A stretch of DNA of 56,779 bases, taken from contig JAAOXT010000015.1 of the NCBI GenBank assembly GCA_018221045.1, forward strand, positions 1 to 56,779. Reading direction: 5' to 3'. Both the position numbers and the translations under genes were made by a program. Within the stretch, counting starts at the first letter, position 1; every line of letters begins with the position of its first letter. This document shows, one piece after another, positions 9,530-19,104 of the stretch. This DNA is from Nanobdellota archaeon (GTDB lineage Archaea > Nanobdellota > Nanobdellia > JAAOXT01). The notes beneath the pieces were generated by a model. That model had not been told where the DNA came from, searched no databases, and was given only the letters and a program-made list of their open reading frames with translations.

Positions 9530-9919
9530 ATGGGAGAGGGCTATAAGCATAAAGGAGACAAAGCCAATTTGGGTGTAGACATTCCAAACGTTTTAGGCCA
9601 TGAAAATAAGGATTACAATCTTGGCGACATAACTATTGAAGATAATAGAGTTCTGAAAGGCACGATAGATCTCTCACCTACTTGTGGGAAGGAAAGCGAT
9701 TTGGAGAAAAAAGTTAAGAGGAATCATGGTAGAAGAGCTGTTTTGATTGGTTTGGGAATAACACTTATTACAGGACTTGCTGGGATGGGATTGTTCTCTC
9801 TTGCTCTTGGAGGAGTGACTGGAAGCTGTTATCTTTGTAGTTCCATAGAAGATTCTGAAGAAGAGGAGTACAAGCGTTCTGGAAAGATTCCATTAAGCGT
9901 TTATGAAGACTTTGATTAA
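9530..9919 (+). CDS. hypothetical membrane protein
   Basis: Gly-rich hydrophobic stretch AVLIGLGITLITGLAGMGLFSLALGGVTG. Upstream TTTAAAAA. Confidence 0.55.
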   Translation: MGEGYKHKGDKANLGVDIPNVLGHENKDYNLGDITIEDNRVLKGTIDLSPTCGKESDLEKKVKRNHGRRAVLIGLGITLITGLAGMGLFSLALGGVTGSCYLCSSIEDSEEEEYKRSGKIPLSVYEDFD

Positions 9920-9987
9920 CACCCAAAAAGCTTATTTTTGTTGTATTACAGTAATTATTATTAATAACAAACGCGTCGGTCAGTAAG

Positions 9988-10620
9988 ATGAGCAAACAAA
10001 GTTTTTTTTCTAGGTTTATATCAGCATTTAAGATATTTTTCAAGAGAAAAAAAAAGCTTGCTTTAGGCATTTATGGTCCTACAAACGCTGGAAAAACCAC
10101 TCTTGCGAACAAGATAAGTATGGATTGGACTGGAGAAGAAGTTGGAGCGGTTAGCAGGATTCCTCATGAAACCAGACGAGTTCAGAACAAAGAGAATGTG
10201 CTCGTAGAATGGGAAGGCAAGAAATTAGTCATAAACCTTATTGACACGCCGGGAATCGCTACTAGAGTGGATTACGAGGACTTCATCAAGTTCAAACTTA
10301 AAAAAAAGGAGTCTCAAGAAAGGGCGAGAGAAGCCACGCAAGGAATAATTGAAGCGATTAAGTGGTTGGACAATATGGAGTGCGTTCTGGCGGTTATGGA
10401 CGCGACCAAGAACCCGTTAACCCAAGTTAACTTAACCATTCTCGGAAACCTTGAGGCAAGAGGAATCCCGGTAATCATTGTTGCTAACAAAATCGATTTG
10501 AAAAAAGCCAATCTTAAAAGGATTGAGTCAGCTTTCCCGCAGTACACTGTTGTCGGCATTTCTGCAAAAGACGGGAAGAACATAGAAGGTTTGTATAAAG
10601 CAATATTTGATACAGCGTAA
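9988..10620 (+). CDS. oapA: Era-like GTP-binding protein (OapA-like)
   Basis: G1 GPTNAGKTT, G2 IPHETR, G3 DTPG, G4 NKID, G5 ISAK. ANKISMDWTG and AREATQGIIEAIKWLD match this archaeal family. Confidence 0.85.
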   Translation: MSKQSFFSRFISAFKIFFKRKKKLALGIYGPTNAGKTTLANKISMDWTGEEVGAVSRIPHETRRVQNKENVLVEWEGKKLVINLIDTPGIATRVDYEDFIKFKLKKKESQERAREATQGIIEAIKWLDNMECVLAVMDATKNPLTQVNLTILGNLEARGIPVIIVANKIDLKKANLKRIESAFPQYTVVGISAKDGKNIEGLYKAIFDTA

Positions 10621-10633
10621 AAAATTTGTGTGC

Positions 10634-11038
10634 ATGAAAAAAAAGAGGAAAAAAACTAAGAAAATGGATAAGCTAACACTACACTTCATTCCCTTCGAAA
10701 GGTTCATTAACTTGTCAAGCGATGACAAAACTAGCACGATTCTTGAGTACACTAAGAAAGGTAAAATCATAATCATTGAGTCCTATCTTGACCCTAAAGA
10801 GCAGGCCACACTCATAACAAATGTTATGGGCAATATTGATGGCAAGTACAGCGGGGTTGAAATGATATCTTTTACCAGAAAAGATTTTCAGAAAGATAAC
10901 TCGTTTTACGTTAGATTAAGGAACGCAGCCATAGACTTGCTTTCCGGAAAAAAAGCGGGGTTAACCATTGTAGGACCAGCAAATATTGTTAAAAAAATAG
11001 AGCGGAACCCTGAAATGATAATGCTCTCAATAAAGTGA
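10634..11038 (+). CDS. oapB: DUF2073 family protein (OapB-like)
   Basis: IIIIESYLDPKEQATLI...GVE...GLTIVGPAN...I.RNP, located between the GTPase and Zn-ribbon genes. Start could be 10664. Confidence 0.8.
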   Translation: MKKKRKKTKKMDKLTLHFIPFERFINLSSDDKTSTILEYTKKGKIIIIESYLDPKEQATLITNVMGNIDGKYSGVEMISFTRKDFQKDNSFYVRLRNAAIDLLSGKKAGLTIVGPANIVKKIERNPEMIMLSIK

Positions 11039-11045
11039 TTTTTCA

Positions 11046-11402
11046 ATGCCTCATAGATGTGTTCGTTGTGGAAAAATGTACCCGGATGGCGCGCCAGAAT
11101 TACTTACTGGTTGTGTTGACTGCAAGTCCAGGTTTTTCTTCTTCATTAAAAAAGAGAATTTAAAGAAAGTCAAGTTACCAGAATTGACTTCTAAGGAAGC
11201 GGATCAGGTTGAGAAGGATATTAGAAAGATTATTGGCGTGGAGGATGATGATAAGCCTATCGTGCTGGACCTAGAAACAGTTCAAGTCATCAAACCAGGG
11301 AAGTACGTTATTGATTTGGTGAAAGCGTTCAGCGAGTCAGGGCCAGTGATTTACAAGTTGAAAGAGGGTAAGTACATGATAGACCTCACGCCGAGCAAGT
11401 GA
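11046..11402 (+). CDS. oapC: Zn-ribbon protein DUF2072 (OapC-like)
   Basis: MPHRCVRCG...LLTGCVDCKSRFF and PGKYVIDL...EGKYMIDL. Confidence 0.85.
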   Translation: MPHRCVRCGKMYPDGAPELLTGCVDCKSRFFFFIKKENLKKVKLPELTSKEADQVEKDIRKIIGVEDDDKPIVLDLETVQVIKPGKYVIDLVKAFSESGPVIYKLKEGKYMIDLTPSK

Positions 11403-11449
11403 AAAAAAATCGAAACTCTTAAAAGAGAACGTGTGAAAACAGTTCTTTA

Positions 11450-11704
11450 ATGAAACTCGGAATTGACACTCTTGTTAAAGATTTTTTGGATAGTGTTTAC
11501 CCTAAGTACTGTAAACTGTCAGGTTTTGTCAAGCCGGATAGGTTAGTTTTGAAGATAAAGCAAAACTTGGGTCAGGGTTCGCTTGAAGAAATGCAAGAAA
11601 AAGGATTGAATGGTTCTTTAGACGAGTTCGTTGACATTTGTGGTGGTTGCGCTTATCTGCATAACGAGTGTTGGGGTGCAAGGTACACGCAAAAAACGGA
11701 ATAA
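11450..11704 (+). CDS. hypothetical protein (C-terminal CxxC...C)
   Basis: 84-aa ORF with BRE/TATA-like CGAAACTCTTAAAA upstream. Confidence 0.5.
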   Translation: MKLGIDTLVKDFLDSVYPKYCKLSGFVKPDRLVLKIKQNLGQGSLEEMQEKGLNGSLDEFVDICGGCAYLHNECWGARYTQKTE

Positions 11705-11736
11705 TTATAACATCTACAATGTTTTTTTGTTTAGTT

Positions 11737-12627
11737 ATGGGCTTTTTTGGCAGAAGAAAATTAAACAAGTTCAATCAAATGGGACTAATCCCTGCAGGAA
11801 ACGTTCCTGAGAAAGAATTCTTTGAACAAGCGGAAAAAAGATTGAGGATGACGAAAACGTTAAGAGAACTTTTAGAACTAACAAAAACGCACGATATTGA
11901 CTTGAATGATTTATTTAAACGTGTAGGATTTGATTATCTTCAAAAAAAAATTCCAGTTAAAAAAAGTGAAGATTTTGAGATAATCAAAAGAAAAGAACAA
12001 ATCCTCCCATTAGGTGTTAAAAGACCAGTTTTTAACGAATTCATACTCCGAGATAGAATAATAAACCGTCCCGAGCAACGCTGTTTTGGAAAGTTCTTTA
12101 CTGGTTTGGATTTGATAGCTTATGAAGAGACTGGCTGGCGAGAACACGGCGAAATTAAGAAAAATCGGATAGTTCTTCATGAGAACATTCACGCAATAAG
12201 AACAAATTTTATCGAGCCAGCAGAGTACATGCCAGACGTATTACAATTTCCAGAAATTGTTTGGGGTGGGGCGGAAGCCATAGATATATATGAAAAGAAC
12301 AGGTGGGATGAAGAAGAGAAGGGGGGTCAAAAGTTTTCTACCCCCAGTTTTTTTGACGTGGCGTGTTCTTACATGATTATTAGGGATTCCAGTCCTGATT
12401 TGAATGTTAGTGCCATGGCTGTCAGGATGACTGCTGAAGAAATTTGTTACGCGTCCAGAAAAGCGGTGAGCGACGACCATTATCACGCTGGGTTTTTCAT
12501 GGGTTTTGGAAAGCTGACTGGTAGAATTGAGCAAACTCTTGACCAAACAATTATTGAAATGCGTGACGAAGAATTAATGCCTGAGTACAGGGCGAGAATG
12601 ATTCTTGACGCAGGAAGAATGAAATAA
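11737..12627 (+). CDS. hypothetical protein with HExxH zincin-like motif
   Basis: IVLHENIHAI followed by a downstream GGAEA. Start chosen at the in-frame ATG 11737. Confidence 0.55.
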   Translation: MGFFGRRKLNKFNQMGLIPAGNVPEKEFFEQAEKRLRMTKTLRELLELTKTHDIDLNDLFKRVGFDYLQKKIPVKKSEDFEIIKRKEQILPLGVKRPVFNEFILRDRIINRPEQRCFGKFFTGLDLIAYEETGWREHGEIKKNRIVLHENIHAIRTNFIEPAEYMPDVLQFPEIVWGGAEAIDIYEKNRWDEEEKGGQKFSTPSFFDVACSYMIIRDSSPDLNVSAMAVRMTAEEICYASRKAVSDDHYHAGFFMGFGKLTGRIEQTLDQTIIEMRDEELMPEYRARMILDAGRMK

Positions 12628-12779
12628 ACCTTTTTTTTTTTCGTTAACGAATTGGGAAAAACCCTTGAAAATTAGAAGATTTTCAGGACGCCAAAAACAC
12701 TTGTTTTTGTGGGAAAGAATGTTCACCAAGATTTTTGGTTAAGCTTTTGCCGAGCGAGAGCGAGGGAAAAGGTTAGGAG

Positions 12780-12853
12780 TGGACCCGACGCGATTCGAAC
12801 GCGTAGCCTCCTCCGTGCAAGGGAGGCGATCTGCCAGATTGATCTACGGGCCC
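12780..12853 (-). tRNA. tRNA-Ala(UGC)
   Basis: Full cloverleaf with CCTCC-CT-TGC-AC-GGAGG, G3:U70 and A73. Confidence 0.97.
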
Positions 12854-13215
12854 AAAACTTCGAATCACTTTGGGAAGTGATTCAACTAATTGAGTAATCC
12901 TTTCTTGAGAAGGTTGGTTTTAAAAGTGTTTTGTTGAAAGAATGATTACTTTGATTTATGGCTCTCGCAGGTTAGCGATTAAATTGAGGGATTGCCAAAA
13001 CTCTTACGAGTCGTCTGGCAATCCATTAAATTTTTTTTTTCCCTCCGAGTTGTATTCTCGATTTGACTCATCTATTTCTGTTAATTCCTTTGCTAAGGAC
13101 AAGTCTAATATCTCTTTATTGCGCGCTTTACTTATATATTTTATCGTAAAAGAAGAGTATTTGAAGTTTTTTTTTCAAGAAATTTTTTATAGTACTAACG
13201 ATAATACCTGTTTTA

Positions 13216-13827
13216 ATGGAACGCTTATTAATCGGTTTAGGAGTAGTTGCAGGCGTAATAATTGTTGCGTTGCTCGTCGTGAACTATCTATTGACCCCGT
13301 ACGGGCTTACCGTTTTTGACGTGATAACAATTCTGTTCAACTCTTTTTCGAGTTCAGCATCTCTCCAATCATTTAATTCCATATCTTCTGAAGATTTGGG
13401 GGAAGAGGTTTACAACCAGTTGAGAGACGATAGAATAGATGCGATTAATACTGTTGAATCATGGAGGTCGGACGTGGAGGATGTTAATAATGACCCTGAA
13501 ATGGTTTCAGCAATTAAAGCAGAGTTTGGAGAAGAATTCACGCTTTACATGTTTTCTTATTATTATGCTGACCAATTTAGTTTTAAGGTTTTTGAGTGGA
13601 CCATGTCGCAAGAAAATGGTTTGATAACGGTTTTTGAGGAGGGCATGCCAGAGAGTTACGACGCGACTGTGGAATTGAACAACGAGTTGGTTATTCCTTT
13701 GCTTGATGGAGAGTTAGCGGAGGATGAATTGCTCAGTCAGGTAAAACAGGGAAACGTGAAAATTATTCCAGTAACAATGCTTTCAAAAACCGTCAGTCTT
13801 TTCCAGCGTTTTTCTTCAACAAATTAA
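13216..13827 (+). CDS. membrane-anchored protein, C-terminus SCP2-like
   Basis: N-terminal TM helix. EGMPESYDATVEL...LLDGEL...VKQGNVKI resembles the SCP2 lipid-binding fold pattern. Confidence 0.55.
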   Translation: MERLLIGLGVVAGVIIVALLVVNYLLTPYGLTVFDVITILFNSFSSSASLQSFNSISSEDLGEEVYNQLRDDRIDAINTVESWRSDVEDVNNDPEMVSAIKAEFGEEFTLYMFSYYYADQFSFKVFEWTMSQENGLITVFEEGMPESYDATVELNNELVIPLLDGELAEDELLSQVKQGNVKIIPVTMLSKTVSLFQRFSSTN

Positions 13828-14488
13828 TGATTTCAAGTAATTCTGGAAACTTGTTTATTGAAAAGTTGTGGAATTCGAATTCATGGCCGAAAACTTGGCC
13901 GTACTTGGCTAGCACGGTAGTCATGCCTAGCCTGTTGGCTCCTGCAATGTCTCTTTCAGGGTTGTCGCCGACGAAAATGACTTGTTCTGGCTTAACCTTC
14001 ATCGCTTTCAACGCCTTCTTAAATGGAAGCGGGTGGGGTTTGGACTTGCTGTTTCGGCTTCTGCCAATGACGACGTCAAAGTAGTCTTGCAATCTTAGAC
14101 CACAAATCCTGAGCCATGCCTGTATTATTGGAGCGTCGCTGACCACCCCTAATTTTAAACCCCTTTTTTTTAGTTCTTCAAAAATTGTTTTCACGTTAGG
14201 ATAAGGTTTTATGTATCCTTCTTTTATCCTGCGGTACGCCACGATGCCAGAGCACATTATTTTGTAATCTATTTTTCCAATAGCTTTTTTTAGGAATTTT
14301 TGAAATATTCGCTGGTACTCAATGCCATGGGTTTTGTAGAGTTCGAACATTAGTTCAATCGCTTTTTTTTTGTCCATGCTTAAACCGTTCACTATCATGG
14401 CGTCAACAGCTGCTTCCACGCTTTTGTTCTTCATCGTCGAATAATCGATTAGCGTGTTGTCAAGGTCGAAGAGAACTGCTTTAATCAT
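13793..14488 (-). CDS. HAD-superfamily hydrolase
   Basis: FDLDNTL, VVSD, KPHP and FVGDNPERDIAGA. Confidence 0.92.
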   Translation of the reverse strand: MIKAVLFDLDNTLIDYSTMKNKSVEAAVDAMIVNGLSMDKKKAIELMFELYKTHGIEYQRIFQKFLKKAIGKIDYKIMCSGIVAYRRIKEGYIKPYPNVKTIFEELKKRGLKLGVVSDAPIIQAWLRICGLRLQDYFDVVIGRSRNSKSKPHPLPFKKALKAMKVKPEQVIFVGDNPERDIAGANRLGMTTVLAKYGQVFGHEFEFHNFSINKFPELLEIINLLKKNAGKD

Positions 14489-14562
14489 GATAAAAAAATA
14501 GTTCACGAGTTTTTAATTATCTTGTGGTTAGGCAAGCCTAGTTATTGTTAGAATGAAAGAGT

Positions 14563-14590
14563 TGCATGAATCTTTGTGTAGCGTCCAACC
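14563..14590 (-). other. 3' arm of pre-16S BHB processing stem
   Basis: GGUUGGA-CGCU-ACA-C-AAAGAUUCAUGCA pairs with 16168-16195 to form a 4-bp helix with two 3-nt bulges. Confidence 0.85.
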
Positions 14591-14657
14591 CTCCTGTTGG
14601 AGTGATAATTTGTTTTCCCGTTTCTGCACACGGACCTCACTATCAAAAAATTTTTTT

Positions 14658-16127
<1,470 letters not shown>

Positions 16128-16167
16128 TATAACGGGTTTACTACTCTTTTTTTTTTCACAACAAATA

Positions 16168-16195
16168 GGTTGGATATCGCCTAAAGATTCATGCA
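16168..16195 (-). other. 5' arm of pre-16S BHB processing stem
   Basis: UGCAUGAAUCUUU-A-GGCG-AUA-UCCAACC, complementary to 14563-14590. Confidence 0.85.
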
Positions 16196-16412
16196 TCATA
16201 CCCACCGTTGGTGGGCACTCATCCTGACTTGAACAGAAGCCTTTTTTTTTGGCACGAAAAAAACAGGTTTTTATTGGGAAGAGTAATTTTTCATAGACAC
16301 TACAAGATGCAGTGATTCTCGAATTACCCGCCGGAAATATTCAATAATCCTTTTTTTTCGTGATCTTAAATTGCTACAGTTTCAGATCAATTCTATAGGA
16401 TGAGAGGTTTTC

Positions 16413-16426
16413 TTTATAAAGTTTTG
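16413..16426 (-). promoter_or_regulatory. putative 16S rRNA promoter (BRE-TATA)
   Basis: Minus strand CAAAAC-TTTATAAA ~290 nt upstream of the mature 16S. Confidence 0.55.
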
Positions 16427-16437
16427 TATTAAAAAAA

Positions 16438-16668
16438 ATGTTTTTAAGCTCGTTTTGTGTAAAGATTGACGTGAAAGAGGAAGACAAGAATCTTTTGGTG
16501 GCAGGAGTTTTAGGAGGCTTGGGTGGAGGCTTGGCTCTTTTCATAATCTTCAGTTTCTTTTTGCAAAACGAGTCAGCTTGGACTTATCTGATTTTCTTTC
16601 CAGTGTTTTATACGCTTACTTATTTTTTGTTCGGAAAATTTTTGAGTCACAGAAAGAAATCAAAGTAA
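16438..16668 (+). CDS. small two-TM membrane protein
   Basis: Two hydrophobic helices and a basic C-terminus. Start may be GTG 16471. Confidence 0.55.
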   Translation: MFLSSFCVKIDVKEEDKNLLVAGVLGGLGGGLALFIIFSFFLQNESAWTYLIFFPVFYTLTYFLFGKFLSHRKKSK

Positions 16669-17160
16669 GTCTTCGACGGTTAGCACGTTGTGTAAGAGAA
16701 ATTTTGGTTCTTGTAATCCTCGTTTGACAATCACGTGATATCCAAGGATTTCAGCACCCGTTTTTTTAATGATGTCTTCTATTTCTCTCAGACTTTGGCC
16801 TGTTGTGTAAACATCGTCAACCACAGACACTTTATCTTTTTCAGTTGGGACGTAACCATCAATAAACTCTTTTCTGCCATGGTTTTTTGGAGTGTTTCTT
16901 ACCATTGCTAGTTCAAACCCTTTCATAGAACAGAGCTTAACAGCTAATGGCAGTCCTCCGTAACCAGATGCAGCAATGCAAGTAGTTTTTTTGTCCATTT
17001 TACTCCACAATAGGCGACACATTAGTTTTAGAATGTTAGGGTTGCCGAACGCTTTCTTGATGTCAACATAGAAATCAGAGGCTTCAACGTTTTTTAATCT
17101 CACTGGCTCTTTGTAAATCACCTCCAGTTCTTTTAGTCTTTTAACAAGTTCGCTTTTCAT
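16660..17160 (-). CDS. pyrE: orotate phosphoribosyltransferase (type I PRTase)
   Basis: SDFYVDIK, GGLPLA, RNTPKNHG and PRPP loop VVDDVYTTGQS. Confidence 0.82.
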   Translation of the reverse strand: MKSELVKRLKELEVIYKEPVRLKNVEASDFYVDIKKAFGNPNILKLMCRLLWSKMDKKTTCIAASGYGGLPLAVKLCSMKGFELAMVRNTPKNHGRKEFIDGYVPTEKDKVSVVDDVYTTGQSLREIEDIIKKTGAEILGYHVIVKRGLQEPKFLLHNVLTVEDLL

Positions 17161-17171
17161 TAATTTTTGAG

Positions 17172-17317
17172 TGTAGGGGCTGGGATTCGAACCCAGGAAC
17201 CCACTAAGAGACAGGGTTTCTCACCAACAATCTTCTTTTCCGTCAACGCTTTTGGAGCGTTAGCGAGAAAAGGGTTGGTCCTAAGCCCTGCGCCGTTGGC
17301 CACTTGGCTACCCCTAC
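17172..17317 (-). tRNA. tRNA-Leu(UAG) with 62-nt canonical intron (17218-17279)
   Basis: CAGGG-CT-TAG-G^...^A-CCCTG. BHB helix CUUA/UGAG with bulges GGA and AAA. Long variable arm. Confidence 0.95.
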
Positions 17318-17376
17318 AATGATAAATTAATTCGTAAAAGAATGTTTAAAAGCGTTTTGGTGGAGAAAAGTTTAAT

Positions 17377-17862
17377 ATGTGGGTTAGTCCATTAAATCTT
17401 ATCATGCTTTATAGAGATGAGGTTAAGAAAGAATGGAGTGCTGTGCGCAAGAAGACGGGTTTACCAAGCATTAATGAGTTTGAAAGTTTTTTATGCATGG
17501 ATTTGAGGCTTCCAGTCGTTGAAAGCGCTTTACTACTTCTTAAAAACAAAGTGGCAAGTTTTGAAGGGTTAATATACAGCACTTTAACTAAGAGGAGTTA
17601 TTTCTTCGATGTTGAAGAGGGTTTTCTCACGCCATCTGAGAAAAAAGTTTTGAAGAAAAAGCTGAAAAAAATTGCATGTTTGATTAATAATGTATCGTCA
17701 GCGCTTTGCGGTTCTAAAAACAAAAAACTGGGGGTTCTGGAAAGCACTTATGAAACTGTTAAACAAGATTTGTACCCTTTTTTTAAAGAGCATTACAAAA
17801 AAATGAGTTCAAAGTGGAAAAGTAAAGAAGAAAAAAAGAAACCTGATTCATCCTTTGGTTAA
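17377..17862 (+). CDS. hypothetical protein
   Basis: 161-aa helical, Lys-rich ORF. Start may be ATG 17404. Confidence 0.6.
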   Translation: MWVSPLNLIMLYRDEVKKEWSAVRKKTGLPSINEFESFLCMDLRLPVVESALLLLKNKVASFEGLIYSTLTKRSYFFDVEEGFLTPSEKKVLKKKLKKIACLINNVSSALCGSKNKKLGVLESTYETVKQDLYPFFKEHYKKMSSKWKSKEEKKKPDSSFG

Positions 17863-17915
17863 CACCAACCATTTTTTTTTAAAAACCTTGATTAAAAACT
17901 CGAGAACTTCAATGA

Positions 17916-18050
17916 TTACTTAGCTCTTTCTCTTTGCTTTCTTCTCTTGCGCTTTCTTTCCCTGATCTTTTTCTTACGAGTCTTCCACCTACACCTATGG
18001 CTTCCTCGTCTTCCAATCGTTTTCTTCCAGTTCCTTGAGCTTCTCTTCAT
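17916..18050 (-). CDS. rpl41e: ribosomal protein eL41 (L41e)-like, 44 aa, absent from ORF track
   Basis: MKRSSRNWKKTIGRRGSHRCRWKTRKKKIRERKRKRRKQRERAK matches the archaeal MKR.SR.WKK...RWK..KK.IR...R pattern. Confidence 0.75.
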   Translation of the reverse strand: MKRSSRNWKKTIGRRGSHRCRWKTRKKKIRERKRKRRKQRERAK

Positions 18051-18067
18051 TTGTGCGTTAAGAAGTA

Positions 18068-18730
18068 TTAACCTTCTTTTTTAAACCTTTTCCTTAGAAA
18101 CCTGTTGTAAGCTTTTAGGAACCCGCCTTTGACGTGTTGTAGAATGGGGGGACTGTACTTACCGAAAGATTGGGTTTTTCCTCTTTTTACTGCTTCTAGT
18201 ACAGCGTTCACAGTTTTTTTTGAATCCACAAGCGTGAAAGCATTGCCTAATTCTTTGTAGAAGTGAGCGTCACTGCCTCCAACTTTTGGAAGCCCGTGTT
18301 TTTCAGCGAAAACGTCCGCGTTACTTGAAGCTAAAGGCCAGAGTGTTCGAGCATTCCGGGTCTCCACCGCGTGAATGAACTTTGGGTTGAGCCTTCCCCT
18401 GTTAATAGCTATTCTCATATAATCATAAGGATGAGGAACTATTACCACGCCTCCTTGTTTGATGATTTCTTTGGCAGTTATTTCAGCGCTCATCAAAGGT
18501 TTTATTGAAGTCTTGATGTTCAATCCTAACAAGTGGCCTTGTTTAGTGCTGATTTCTTCTCCATAAATCGTTAAGAAATCTTTAACATTGATTCTTTCAG
18601 GAATGGCGTCGTGGTCCACGAACGCTGCCCCGTCAAAGCCTTTGCTTTTCAGGATTTGAACAGCTTTTTTGACCTCGATCCGCGAGTGGTCTCCTTGAAG
18701 CGTGTGAACGTGGAAATCAAATTTTAGCAT
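18068..18730 (-). CDS. PHP-domain metal-dependent phosphoesterase
   Basis: DFHVHT, VDHD, GEEIST..GHL, PHP and GGSDAH. Confidence 0.9.
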   Translation of the reverse strand: MLKFDFHVHTLQGDHSRIEVKKAVQILKSKGFDGAAFVDHDAIPERINVKDFLTIYGEEISTKQGHLLGLNIKTSIKPLMSAEITAKEIIKQGGVVIVPHPYDYMRIAINRGRLNPKFIHAVETRNARTLWPLASSNADVFAEKHGLPKVGGSDAHFYKELGNAFTLVDSKKTVNAVLEAVKRGKTQSFGKYSPPILQHVKGGFLKAYNRFLRKRFKKEG

Positions 18731-18737
18731 GGTGTCA

Positions 18738-19028
18738 TCAAGTCTTCTTATTCTTTTTATTGTTTTGCTTAGAGCCTCGTTTCCTTTTTCTGCGGAATTC
18801 TTTTTTGAGGGCTTTGAAAACCTCTTTTCCCATTAGTATCACGCCGATGTTTCCAGTAATCCAAGGCAGGAAGAAAAGAAATGTTCCAATCCATACAACA
18901 CCCATGCCGAGGAGTATTATGCCCGTAAAACCTACAGGGTATCCTGTGAGCCAGAGGATAAAACCGATTTTTCCGAGTCGGGGCAGTTCTTTGATTATTT
19001 TCCAGACGCGTTTCAGTTTTTCTTTCAC
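18738..19028 (-). CDS. small membrane protein
   Basis: Two TM helices flanked by basic segments. Confidence 0.6.
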   Translation of the reverse strand: MKEKLKRVWKIIKELPRLGKIGFILWLTGYPVGFTGIILLGMGVVWIGTFLFFLPWITGNIGVILMGKEVFKALKKEFRRKRKRGSKQNNKKNKKT

Positions 19029-19104
19029 GGGTTAAACTATCTGGAGGTTAAGAGTAATAAATGTTTTTAAAGACAAGAGGTACTTTTAGGTTAATTGATA
19101 CAAA

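Noticed and set aside
12942-13319. 125-aa plus-strand ORF
   Set aside because: It runs through poly-T tracts and hairpins, overlaps the better ORF at 13216, and has no protein-like features.
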